A stretch of 64,000 nt of DNA from the NCBI RefSeq assembly GCF_964204645.1, contig NC_134033.1, positions 8,936,655 to 9,000,654 on the forward strand, given 5' to 3'. This DNA is from Tubulanus polymorphus. Lineage: Eukaryota > Animalia > Nemertea. The notes under the pieces are model-generated. The model was not told the origin of the DNA and searched no databases. It was given only the letters and a program-made list of their open reading frames with translations. This document shows positions 25,340-37,602 of the stretch, one piece after another (position 1 is the stretch's first letter; every line of letters starts with the position of its first letter). Position numbers and translations under genes: made by a program.

Positions 25340-25938
25340 ATTAAAGAGCAAATATTCTTTGTGGTCTTTTCTTCGTTCTATTACAGTAATACTTAATTAT
25401 TATTATTATCATTATTATTATTGTTATTATTATTATCATTATTAATTGTAGTTTGTATTCTGGAATTGTACCTAATCTATTCAAAGATGCACTTATTACT
25501 CCTTTGTACAAAAATGGTGACAGTAATTCAAATTATCTACCAATTTCGTATTATCTCGAAAAAATTGTTTTTAATCGTGTTATCAAGTTTTTGGAAAAAA
25601 TATCATGTAATTACAGATTCACAGGATTTTCTACAGAAATGGCTCTTGCCTTAATCACTAATGAAATTTTAAGAAATTCATTAGAAAATGGTGATACCAA
25701 AATTGGCACATACTTTGATCTATCCAAAGCATTTGATATGTTGGATCATCAAATATTCAACAAAAAAACATTTTCAGTATGGTATACATGGAGTTTCTCT
25801 TTTATGGTTTAAAGATTTTTTTACAAAATTGCTTGCAAACCATTAAATTCAAATCTCCTCGCTCATCACCTAGCAAATGAGTATGCGCTGTACCGCAGGG
25901 TTCGATTCTTGCCCCGTTATTATCTATTATACATGTAG
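25340..25938 (+). pseudogene. Old CR1/L2-type RT fragment containing an (ATT)n microsatellite
   Basis: SGIVPNLFKDALITPLYKNGD, YFDLSKAFD and PQGSILAPLL. Confidence 0.75.
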
Positions 25939-27688
25939 AAAAAAAAAAACATGGCCGACGTAGCCAGTTCACGTTCTAACGAGCTCTGGGAATAATATAG
26001 CTTTCTACCTTCATGGCTGCGTAAAATCTTGGATATACGCTATACTGATCATCAAAATTTCAGTTCGTCGGCTTGATAGATCACCGTGATCAATTAGGGT
26101 ATGTCGAATTAACTGATTAAGTTGAAGTAGACAGCACAGTGATTATAAATGGATGAGTAATCAGCAGTTACAAAGTTGTCTTTTTTGCTGAAATTGAGTT
26201 TCTCTTAGTAACTCCGGATATTGAAATGCTATAAGAGAAATAAAGAAAAATCTGGGATGAGATTAAGAGGAATCGTATCGAATTTCTGCCTGCAATTCCA
26301 AGGTCACTATAATGTTTCTATGCGTAAACGGTGGTGTCAAATCTATCTGAATAAAACTGTACTCACGCGTGTCACTCTACAATCTCTACAGCGTAATCAG
26401 ACAATAATCTGTGATCTTAACAACCATGGCTGATCAAAGTACAACAGAGCAAGATAAACCACAGGGTAGTGACCTTGCAAATAAATCAACTGAAAGCGAG
26501 GATTTTATGAATTCTGGAAATATTGATGCTACGGACAAAACTTATGAACCTGCCCCTTCTGCTTCCCTATCTGCTGATAAATCTGATAAACGCCCGCAAA
26601 AGAAAAAAACGCAAACAGGTCCTGTATCATCCTCTGATGGCGATACCTCAATTAACAATACGAATGTCGATGCTATTGTAAACACGGATAATGAACACCG
26701 ATTATCCAAATAGTGCCTCTTCCTCTGCTATTTGTGAAACTCTAGTTATGATTCAAAAGTCCATGGTAACACACGAAAGTCTTGAAAAGTTTAAGCTCTC
26801 TCTGGAGGATACTATGGACCGAAAATTAGAATCGCATTACCAACGCGTAGAAAAAAACACTAGAATATGAATGCCGCCTTTACGATCTCGAACGAGAAAA
26901 TGATAATCTAAAGAAAGAACTAAAAGATCTTAATTTCAAAGATGACGAGCAAAAACTTGAGTTAAAATGTCTGAAACAGGACCTAATATCTATCAAAAAG
27001 GGTTGAAAATGAACAATATTCCCGCTGTAATAATATTCGTGTTTTTGGAATAAAGTAACAGGCCGGAGAAGACTGTGGGCTTACGCTGAAGGATATCGAT
27101 GTTTGTCACAGGAAAAAGCCAAAAATACCCAGCGTTGACGAGGATGGAGAGTACCTCCCGAATCCAATAATTGTTCGCTTCAAAGACCACCATGTTCATA
27201 ACAGGATATTTTTCAATAAAAAACACTTGAAAGGGAAAAAAATATTCGTGAAAGAAGATTTGTCGCCTGAAATTGTCACTTTTATGGCTACTGTTAGAAA
27301 AAATAGGGATTTCCTCAAAATGTGGGCGATCAATGGCAAAATTCATGCTCTTAACAAAGACGGTAAAAAACTGCCAATTAAACTTTATGAATTCAAATAT
27401 AAAAACAATTAAGTAATTTTCAAATTTACTGTACTGTGCTTATTTCTGCTTTTGTTTACTTATTAATGTGAAGTCATGTCTGTAATTCTATAATTCTCTC
27501 TGCTCCAGTGACGATGACTATCATTGCGCGCGGATTACAGAATTTATTATAGGTTTCCCTCAGCATGCTCACTTTTCTTCTTACTTTCATATATACTTGT
27601 CACACGTCGCGGACTTTGTCAATATTTATACACTGTGTTCATGTAACGTTATATCAATGGGACATTATAATTCCTTCTGCTTGCTAAT

Positions 27689-30600
27689 ATGATGGAATTT
27701 AACAGCATACAGCGTGACTGTTTGTATTATAACAGTAACGACTTAGTAAAGGAATTCTCTGACTCCAGTTTTGGCCTTATTCATGTAAATGTCAGGAGTC
27801 TGGACAAGAATTTTGATAATCTCCTTTTAACTTTAGATTCTACTGCATGTAAATTTGACGTCATAGGCGTCACAGAGACTTGGGCGAGAACAAGCATGGA
27901 TAATAGATCTTTATATCCAATTCCAGGATATAATTCAATTTTCAAATGCAGAGATCACTCTAGAGGTGGTGGAATAGCCTTTTATGTAAAAAATTCTATA
28001 AATTACAAAATTAGGACTGACCTCGATATACTCATTATTAATTCAGTTGAATATATGTTCATTGGAATTAATCTTAGGAGCTTTCCGGAAAAAATTCTTA
28101 CTGGTCTATTTTACAGACCTCCTCAACTCAAGGTCAGTGACGTTATTAGTGATTTCTCGAAAATATTTGATAAGATATCTTGTAATTCTAGAGTTTTTCT
28201 TATGGGAGATTTCAATATCAACATACTTAATGAGGATCGCGACCTTCACACGGCAAATTTTGTTGATACCTTGAGTTGCAATTCCTTTGCCCCTTTCATT
28301 AACAAACCTACACGCATTATTGATAAATCGGAATCTCTTCTAGATATAATTTTCACAAATTGTAATGAAGAGTATTACATCAAATCAGGCATAGTAATGA
28401 CTGATATCTCGGATCATCTACCTTTTCATCTACCTTCAATTCTAAATAGGGGTCTAATCTAAAACTAGGGGTCCAGGGACACCATGCCCACTTGGGAAGT
28501 GGTTTCAAATGCTCAATAATCTAACAATTTCCATATTCAACGCCCCATATAGAAAAACCAATGACCTTGAAACCCACCACAATCATAGAAAATGACATGA
28601 ATAACAACTTTGCAATTTATCATGGTAACAAAATATGCCTAGGTACCAATCTAATAAGGAAATGCTAAGTTATCCAACTATTCAACGCCCCCTGGTGACC
28701 ATATAGAAAAACTTATGTCCTTAAAACTCACCACAATCATAGATGATGTCATGAGCTACAACTTTGCAATCGATTGTGGTTAGAAAAATATACATAGGTA
28801 CAAATATAATATAGAAATACTAAGTTATTGTATTATTCAACGCCCCCAATGACCTGGAAACTCACCAAAATCATAGAACACGTTATGGGCTACAACTTTC
28901 CAACTGATTGTAGTAACACAATATGCTTAGGTATAAATATAATGTGGAAAAACTTTTTCCCACCTACGAATGAGTACTGATGACACCAAGATGGCCGCCA
29001 ATTGCGTTATAATCGGCTGATCAAGAATACCTGTCTCAGGTATAAAACAACCCTTTCCAAAGAATACCCATCACAAATTGCAATGAGAAATGGCAAACCA
29101 GTACGAAGCTTCAGGACCCAGAATTTCGGCCAAAATTGACGGCCATCTTGAGCCCGATTGACCCAATTTTTCTTAAGCTGATGGCTTCCTTGGGGGTTCA
29201 AATATATACAAAAGATCAAGGTAATTGATCACAGCGTCTTCAAAATTTCCGTCAAAAACTTCAAAAATGTCTAAAAAGTGCTGATTTTGGCGAACAACAA
29301 TGGCTGCCAGTCGGCCATCTTGATTCTGACAGGGCCAGTTTTTAGGCTGAAGATGTGTCTAGGGTAGATACATGTGTAACCCAAATATCAAGACATTACA
29401 TTGGAGCGTCTTCAAAATAACTGGATTCCGTCTATGGACGGACGAGAACGCAATAGCCCGCTGGGACTAAAGTCCCAAGTGGGCTAAAAACTGCACATCA
29501 TGTAAATTATAGACAAGTTAATGAACGCAACATGCGGATTTTCAAAAGGTATCTAATTGCCGAAAAATGGAATGATGTATATAATAGCACCAATGCCGAA
29601 CTGGCGTACAATACATTTATTACCTTATTTACTAAATACTATGACAACTCATTCCCAATTACCAAAAGGAAATGGAATCGATTAGAAGATAAGCTAAACC
29701 CTTGGATGACAAGAGGTCTATTAATTTCACTGAAACATAAGGAGAAGCTCTATACAGAATATCTTAAGAAGAGATCAGCTGAATCAAAATCAGTGTTTAG
29801 TAAATACAGAAACTGTTTTCACAAATGTATACGTGTGGCTAAAAAAGATTTTTAAATGCAAAAGTTTGAAACTATAGGGACTGATTCCAAGCAGACCTAG
29901 GGATTATCAATACTACATTACATAAAAGAAAGGCGTCTGATTTTCCTGAAAAGTTCAGTCATAATGATCAATTCATTACCGACCCCCTCGATATAGCTAA
30001 TAATTTCAAAGACTTTTTTATAAATATCGGTCCAAAACTAGCTGATAAAATTCCAGATACAAACAAAGATTTCAAGAGTTATCTAAAAAACAGAGTTGAA
30101 GACACAATTTTTCTTGCTCCAGTGACTAAATTAGAAATAGAAAATATTGTTAAACTTTTTAAATCAATGAATAGTTCTGGAGTCGATAATGTTAGTCAGA
30201 AAATATCAAAGGAGGTCATCCATCTTACCTCTGATCCCTTAGTATACATCTTCAATCTTAGTTTGGTATCTGGCGTTTTTCCTAGTACTCTCAAAATTGC
30301 TCAGGTTTGTCCAATTTATAAAACCGGGGATAAGGCAAGTTTAAAAAATTATCGCCCCATCTCAAACCTACCATGCCTCTCTAAAATTTTAGAAAAAATT
30401 ATGTATTCCTGTGTCGTTGAGTTTTTTGAATCTCATAATGTAATTTCAGACTCCCAGTTTGGGTTTAGGAAAAAACATTCCACGTCCTATGCCCAAACGA
30501 AAATAATCGATAACTTAATTGATAAATTGGATTGTGGAGAGACTATTTTAGGTATTTTTTTAGATTTATCTTAAGCTTTTGATACCATAGATCATGCAAT

Positions 30601-31622
30601 ACTATTTAGCAAACTTGAACACTATGGTAAAAATTATCTTTGTAACCGACTTCAGTGTGTAAAATATGGAGATAAAACATCCAATAGAATGAAAATAATA
30701 CGTGGAGTCCCACAAGGATCGATCTTGGGTCCTCTACTCTTTATATTGTACATTAATGACTGCCCCAATGCGTCAGCCATTTTTCAGACTATAATGTTCG
30801 CGGATGATACTAATATCTTTGCTTCCCATAAAGAGTACAGAATTTTGGAGAGAACTGTCAATTTTGAACTTGCAAATTTGGATGTCTGGTTTAAGTAAAA
30901 AAAACTTTCATTAAATCTGGACGAAACACATTTCATGGTATTTAGTAGAGCTAAGAAAAAAAAAAGACTTCCGTATATATCGGAGATTTACCTTTACAAA
31001 AAGTAAGAAACACTAAATTTGTAGGAGTCCAAATTGATGATGATTTAAATTGGAAAGCCCATAAACAATATATTGCGAAGAAAGCGGCACAAGGTATTGG
31101 TATCATCCGACTATTATCATATTTTGTTCCACGATCTGTTCTTCTAAAATGTACTATTCTCTTATTCATCCATACATTCATTATTGTAACATGACTTGGG
31201 CAAATAATACCACTACTAATCTTAACAGTCTTGTGGTATTACAAAAGAAAGCGATTAGAGCGATTACTGGAAGCGGCTCCTTAGCGCACATGTCACCTTT
31301 ATTCAAAAAGTACAAACTATTGAAATTGGAGGATATCAACAAACTACAAATTTGCCAGTTCATGTACTTATATAATAAAAATGATGTCCCTAAAGCCTTC
31401 GATGATTTCTTTTTACATAATTCACAAATTCACAACCACAACACTAGAAATAGTACTGGTATCAATTTTGTAATCCCATATTCAAGAACCAACCTTCGTT
31501 ACAATTCATTAAGATCGAAAGGTCCAAGACTTTGGAACACTTTGGATCCTAAGTTAAAACTATCTAAAAATCTCAGTTCTTTCAAAAGAAATTTAAAGAA
31601 GTCCATCATGGACAATTACTAA
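27689..31622 (+). pseudogene. LINE ORF2: apurinic endonuclease plus reverse transcriptase
   Basis: APE motifs NVRSL, GVTETW, GGGIAFY, YRPP, GDFNI and SDHLP. RT motifs YRPIS, QFGFR, FLDLS*AFD, GVPQGSILGP and FADD. Several stops and frameshifts. Confidence 0.9.
28462..29490 (-). mobile_element. HINE family A, copy 2, inserted in LINE ORF2 at an A/T run
   Basis: Same termini as 19902-21169. Confidence 0.85.
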
Positions 31623-32940
31623 CTCATGTGAACATTGTTTAAAATCTAGTATTGCGCCCGTCTGAAAGTATGTATGTGTGTGTATGCATGAACCATGTGT
31701 GAATATGCGTGTTTTTTTTTCTCTTTTCCTTATTTTATTTTCCCTTTTTGCAAAACAACTCTCTTAAAGTACTTTTGTAATTGTAAGTCTCATATATCTT
31801 TAATACATTGATGTAAATTATTCAGAAAATAAATATGATATGATATAGAAATGTTTGCTTGTAATACAAGTAAACGCTTTGTGTGCAAGAAATACTTACA
31901 GTAAGGCCAAAGAAATGAAGTTCAAAGTTGCACCAACATAAATAGGATGTGATAGAATGAAGAATGGAGAATCTTGACTAAAACTTGGAGTACAGACATC
32001 AAAACATTCACCTAAAAACATAAACAATACAAAATTTCAAAGATTTCAAAACTAGCTCAATATTACCAAATTCTTACTAATTATGAAAAAAAAAAATCCA
32101 ATGTCTCTATTTAGTATGGTAGTTCTAAATTTAGCTCTCCTATTTAACGTTGGACTCTGTGTGGTTTTATTTTATCACTGGATCTATTTCTACAGTTATG
32201 GATTTACATGTTCCACAGTTATAATAAATTAAACCCATAGATGGCGACTGATTTGGAAGATGGTATTCAGGCAGATAACATACCGCAGTAAAGTCGCTTC
32301 AGACCTTGACATGTAGATCCAACAAGTACAAGAATCAAACCGAACAGCAACAATAGATACGCCGCACACAATAGATAATTATTATGGAAACAGTGCCAAT
32401 GGGGTTGACTCGACAATAAAAGCCAATATCTAAAAGACAAAAAAATATAGTTACAAAATAGCAGGGATAATGGGTTTTCTGCATCGTGCCAATGAGGTGT
32501 CAGAGGACCGAGTGAGACATAATTCAAATTTGAATTGAATTCGACTCTTAGAAATAATCAATAGTTTCAAACAATTGTTGCATATCTCTCAGTAACATTT
32601 CAAATGTTTCAATTAAAATCAAATCCAAATAGGTCAACAACTACACAAATGAACTCTCTGATACTCATTGCAAACCTATTCCAGTGTTATGTCAGTCATG
32701 TTGAATCAAATCGTGTGAATCGAAAGAATCATATATCGGGATACCAGCAACGGATACCAAAAATCCGGAAATGGATATGTATTATCGTTAATAATTACAA
32801 TAGTCTACAATCCATGTAAGCTGCCGGCATAGCTGGCAGTAGTTGCAAGCACCAAGGGTGCATACCTTTTGTGAAGGGTTTGAAAATTTATTTTTAAAGC
32901 GTTTTTAAAACATCTGGGATGGTCTGATGGAACAAAGAGT

Positions 32941-33140
32941 AACAAGAAAATTAATTCTAATAAATCATTTGACGCCTGAAAAAAATGTAGAATTTTTGGG
33001 ATAAGGTAATGTGGGATTGCAGATTTGAAATCGAAGTTTTAATAAATTTGGGGAATTATAAAATTTGGTGATTGGGTAGGTGATAGAGGTCTTTGACTGT
33101 AAATAGTGGTTTGATTTTTTCATTGAAAATTGTCAATAAT
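32941..33140. repeat. Interspersed repeat shared with 48722-48922
   Basis: aacaagaaaattaatt...gaaatcgaagttt...ttgaaaatt at both sites. Confidence 0.7.
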
Positions 33141-33829
33141 GATAAATTTACCAAGCATATTTCAACACAGTATGGTTGCGCCATCTGCAAAATGAAAACC
33201 TACCTGACGGAATCAATTCTCTCAGCGGTCTCTATTCATATTCACGTGATTTATTCTTTTTTTTCCCTTTTCCACACTATTTTCATCGTAAGTACATAGG
33301 CATTTTTACCTTACCGCTGTTTCCGATACAATCCGGTAAATTTCATTGCGCTCACCTCGATCTACAGAACACTTCGTGCAAATTTTGATGAATCAACGTT
33401 ACAAAAGCACTGTCGGGCAGTAAACATAAAAAAATGAGCCCCATTCAATGAGGTGACATGTTTTTCTGAGTCGTCATCCCAAAATCCATCACAGGCTCGT
33501 CACTTCAATTATCAATTCAAGTATAAATAAACAAATTTATAGCCGCAAGACCTAACATTCAGGCGCGGTCTTCAAACAGCAATTTTAACAATTACCCATT
33601 TTCTTGTTCAGTACACTTAACCGATCCACAGGATATTTACTGCTCTAAATATTATAAACACTGTTGAGCTGTAATCGATGAATCGATGTGTGTCTTTACA
33701 TCGTCGTTCTGTGGATCTGTTGCAAGTTCTCCTCGCAATGAGAATCAAATAAAGTAAAAATACATTCATTATTCCCAGTGATTTGGCCGCGGACTTCAAT
33801 CAGTTAGTTAAACAAAATTTACCGGATAT

Positions 33830-35112
33830 TTAGTACGTTTAGATCAAGATTGGAGTCCGGGAGTTTTCTTCTTAAGAAATTGAGAGTTGGTTCCAATGGT
33901 ATATTAGTGAACAAGGAAACAGCGTCGAAAGATATAAATTTTTGTCCATTAGGTTTGAGATTTTTGAGTTTGTCTAAAAGATCCATATTGTGCCGAATGT
34001 GAGAATCAGAAAAAGTACCCAAAGCCGGGGATAGTACTTTAGCCAGATATTTGGAGAGCCGATATGATGGAGAATTGATATTAGAAATGATCGGTCTTAA
34101 CGGTGAATTGGGTTTATGAATTTTTGGAAGACCATAAGCATAAGGAAGATTTGGAAGCCGAGAGTTAAATTTGGAGAGGAAGTCCGAATTGTCAGGAAAT
34201 TTCTTAGAGATGTTTTTTAAACCTAAATTAAAAGCTGATTGCATCTTTTTCAAAGGGTTGTTTTTGATGGATTTGTAGAAATTGGAATCACCGAGAATAG
34301 CAAACATTTTAGAATTGTAATTGATCAAATCTTGAATAACAATTTTGCCGCCTTTATCAGCCTTGGAGATGCAGATGGTTTTGATGGATTTAAGTTCCTG
34401 GAGAGCAATCGAAAATCTCCGAGGAAAGAGCTGATTAGATTGACCTTGAAGGGTATTCCAAATGGTGTCCAAATTCATGAATATAAAATTGTATTGAAAA
34501 CTAGCCGGAGGAGATCTTTCCATACGTTCAACGAAATCCAAAATGTGTTGTTTTCTATGCGGGAGAGAGAAATTTAATCCTAAACCGAGAACTTGAATTT
34601 GTGTTTTGGTTAATTTAGCCGAAGATAGATTGACAACATTATCAGTAGCGCAAAATTTGGTCCAAGGGCTGTTGTCGATTAATTTATTCAGAATGGAAGA
34701 GAAATGCGAATTTTTCTTTTTTTTTATTTAGACGATGTACCGCGCAAAGATTCTTGATGCCCGAATGAAGAGAGTGCCAAAGGAAAGCATCAGGTATATG
34801 GTGTCTGAGAAAACGTTCTGCTTGTCGCATTTTATAGAAATTAGAGTTGGTAGTTTCTTTTGCTTCCAAAATGCAATGTCTTAGATGAGATGCTGCTTCA
34901 TTGGAAAATGGTTGATCTGATTTGAATTTATTCAACCAATTCAGAGATTTAGGAATAACCTGTTCTTGGAGACTTTTTTGAAGAAATATGACGTTTTCTT
35001 TGGATTTGTGAGCTTTATAAGCAGCAGATTCATATTTTCGAAAAGCAAAGATCAAATGAGGAAAGGTTATGAATAAGAATTTCAAAGCCAAATTAAAATC
35101 CGTGGGTAACAT
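33830..35112 (-). pseudogene. PLE ORF, N-terminal half (one frameshift in the A-tract near 34720)
   Basis: ORFs 34684..35112 and 33819..34541 join across a poly-A slip. Confidence 0.85.
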
Positions 35113-35231
35113 AATAGAACGATGACCACACTCAAACGTGGTGAACGGATAATAAGATAAGATCCCACTATTTACAGATTAAAAGAATTTAAAAACCAGA
35201 ATTTATTTATTAAATCTAAAATATTTAAAAG

Positions 35232-35273
35232 ACACGACGTTTCGATCTCACCCTAGAGATCATCGTCAGGTGT
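35232..35273 (-). ncRNA. Minimal type I hammerhead ribozyme (5' pLTR)
   Basis: ACAC-CUGACGA-U-GAUCUC-UAGGGU-GAGAUC-GAAA-C-GUC-GUGU. Confidence 0.8.
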
Positions 35274-35533
35274 GAGAAATAGACTAAAAACAGGGGTATA
35301 TATACAGAGGAGGACAGGTTAATTGAGTAAATTGGTGAGTGAGTAAATAATTAGTGTTTGGCAAGGCATGAAGTAATATACTTAGAAAGAAGGGAATTAT
35401 GCGGAGAAAAGCCATTATTTAAATTGGTACTAATATCTGAGTGACGAGTAATTAGGGCAGACTCAACTATGTGGCGTTTAGTGTAATTGCTGGAAGTATA
35501 AATAATTTCGGCTTTATCAAAATTAAAACGATG

Positions 35534-36516
35534 TCCTTGAACACTTTGAATCCGAAATTCTTCCTAAGTACGCTGGCTCTAAACCTAACTTTTGGATTAG
35601 ATATGTTGATGATATTCTGAGCTTAGTTTCTGATAATTTTGATCTTACCTCTTTTATCGACTTCATCAACTCCCAATATCCATCTTTGAAATTCACTTTT
35701 GAATGGGAACAAAATGACCAAATTCCGTTTTTAGATGTTCTAATTCACAATAAATTTTCTCATTTGATTTTCTCAGTCTACCGTAAACCTATCAACGCTG
35801 AGGCATACCTTCACTTCTTTTCGTTTACTGCCAAATCAATCAAAATCGGTCTCGCTCAAGGCCTCTTTCTCCGTGCACTGCTGATCTGCGATGAAACCTT
35901 CCTTTCGGCTGAATTTGACCATATATCCAACTCTCTTAGAAAATTGGCTTACCCTGATCACATTTTGAAAATCGCTATTTCTAAGGCTAAACGTACTTTC
36001 TTCAATTCTAAACCTCCAGAAAATAAAAAACACATTTCAGAGTTCATTGTAGTTCCGTATGTACCTGTTTTGGAAAAGTTTCGTCACTCTCTCCCTTTAT
36101 TGGATAAACAAATCATTTTCACGTATGAAAACAAAATTAGTAAGACTTTGGTTAAAAACAATCAATCTAAACCTTTGGACTGCGGAGTTTACAAAATTCC
36201 TTGTCTTGGCTGTGATAAAATTTACTTTGGAGAAACTGGTCGTGATTTAAAAACTCGAATTTCGGAACACAAAGAGGATATAATAAGTCAAAAACCGGCT
36301 AGTGGCGTAGCCAATCACGTTTGGAACACTGGTCATCGTTTTAATTTTGATAAAGCCGAAATTATTTATACTTCCAGCAATTACACTAAACGCCACATAG
36401 TTGAGTCTGCCCTAATTACTCGTCACTCAGATATTAGTACCAATTTAAATAATGGCTTTTCTCCGCATAATTCCCTTCTTTCTAAGTATATTACTTCATG
36501 CCTTGCCAAACACTAA
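35534..36516 (+). pseudogene. PLE ORF, C-terminal half (RT YVDD motif, thumb, GIY-YIG endonuclease)
   Basis: Open frame from LEHFESEIL through RYVDD to the stop at 36516. Confidence 0.9.
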
Positions 36517-36593
36517 TTATTTACTCACTCACCAATTTACTCAATTAACCTGTCCTCCTCTGTATATATACCCATGTTTTTAGTCTATTTCTC

Positions 36594-36635
36594 ACACCTG
36601 ACGATGATCTCTAGGGTGAGGTCGAAACGTCGTGT
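36594..36635 (+). ncRNA. Minimal type I hammerhead ribozyme (3' pLTR)
   Basis: ACAC-CUGACGA-U-GAUCUC-UAGGGU-GAGGUC-GAAA-C-GUC-GUGU. Confidence 0.8.
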
Positions 36636-37029
36636 CTTTTAAATATTTTAGATTGAATAAATAAATTCTGGTTTTTAAATTCTTTTAATCTGTAAATAGT
36701 GGGATTTTATCTTATCATCCGTTCACCACGTTTGAGTGTGGTCATCGTTCTACCAAGCATATTGATCCATCGAAGCGTTTTTCATTCCAAAGAAAAAGAT
36801 TTTAGTGGTACTATATAGTCTTTTCTTCACGGTATAATGAGTAATCTTCATTCAAACAAAATGTTCTTCACACCCGAACACAATAGGTAATACATGAACC
36901 AGGGTTTTCTTAGTATCCAATATTCATATTATGCCTTTTCAGGTTAAAGCTTATGATACATATTTCTGACCATGTACGGGACACAACTTGATTAGGTCGT
37001 TTTGGAAATTTACTCGGTCCTGCACATTT

Positions 37030-37320
37030 GGGATTACTCTGTCTCTCTTAGGATACTACCTTGCGTGACTCCACTAGTTAGATCTACTTATTTCCAAGAT
37101 GAGACAGTTCCATTGATTTCGGCCACCTGTTTTCGATTGGAGAAAACTGCTGAGCCATTTAAGCAACCCATGATTGATACCGTTTCCTAATAGCTTGTTT
37201 AGTAATTGCTGATGTAGTATCTTATCAAATGCTCTGTCGAAATCCATAAAGACTATAAGGCCTAACAGTCGATTTTCCAGAGTCAAATAACTATCTGGTC
37301 CAGTTACCCGTGGTTTCAAG
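37030..37320 (-). pseudogene. Degenerate LINE RT fragment
   Basis: FMDFDRAFDKILHQQLLNKL and TSGVTQGSIL. Confidence 0.65.
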
Positions 37321-37602
37321 TAAGCCTAATTGACTGTTTGTAGACCTTTGTTTTATCAAACCGTGTTGACTGTTGAACAGGATTCTATTAAATTCCCTTA
37401 ATTTTCAACAGCATGGTGATCAAGAATACTAACAGGACTATGCAGAAAACCCGTTATTGCTGCTTTGCAGCTATATTTTCACTTATTAAACAAAGAAATG
37501 TCAAACATACAAACGGATTTGAATTAGCTGATCGTCATTTTGACAAAAAACAATATGAACAACACAACGACACTAAAACATGTACTTGTACACTAAAATT
37601 AC

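Larger units (their letters stand above)
25949..31846 (+). mobile_element. Near full-length CR1/L2-clade LINE (ORF1 plus APE-RT ORF2), inactivated
   Basis: ORF1 relic at 26426-27412 and ORF2 at 27689-31622. The 3' end has AATAAA plus a short (TATGA)n tail. Interrupted by HINE A at 28462-29490. Confidence 0.9.
33830..36752. mobile_element. Penelope-like element (RT plus GIY-YIG) with an inverted 5' half
   Basis: Minus strand 35112->33830 carries the N-terminus, VVNLS...LGLGLNF, KADKGG, YGLPKIHK...LRPIIS and SFDAVSLFTNIP. Plus strand 35534->36516 carries WIRYVDD, PFLDV, VYRKP and GVYKIPC...YFGETGRDLKTRISEH. pLTR copies 35114-35533 and 36334-36752 are inverted relative to each other. Confidence 0.92.

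Noticed and set aside
34239-34577. Independent plus-strand ORF, and similar ones at 35836..36033, 38612..38872 and 39094..39285
   Set aside because: These are antisense shadows of PLE and DIRS coding regions.
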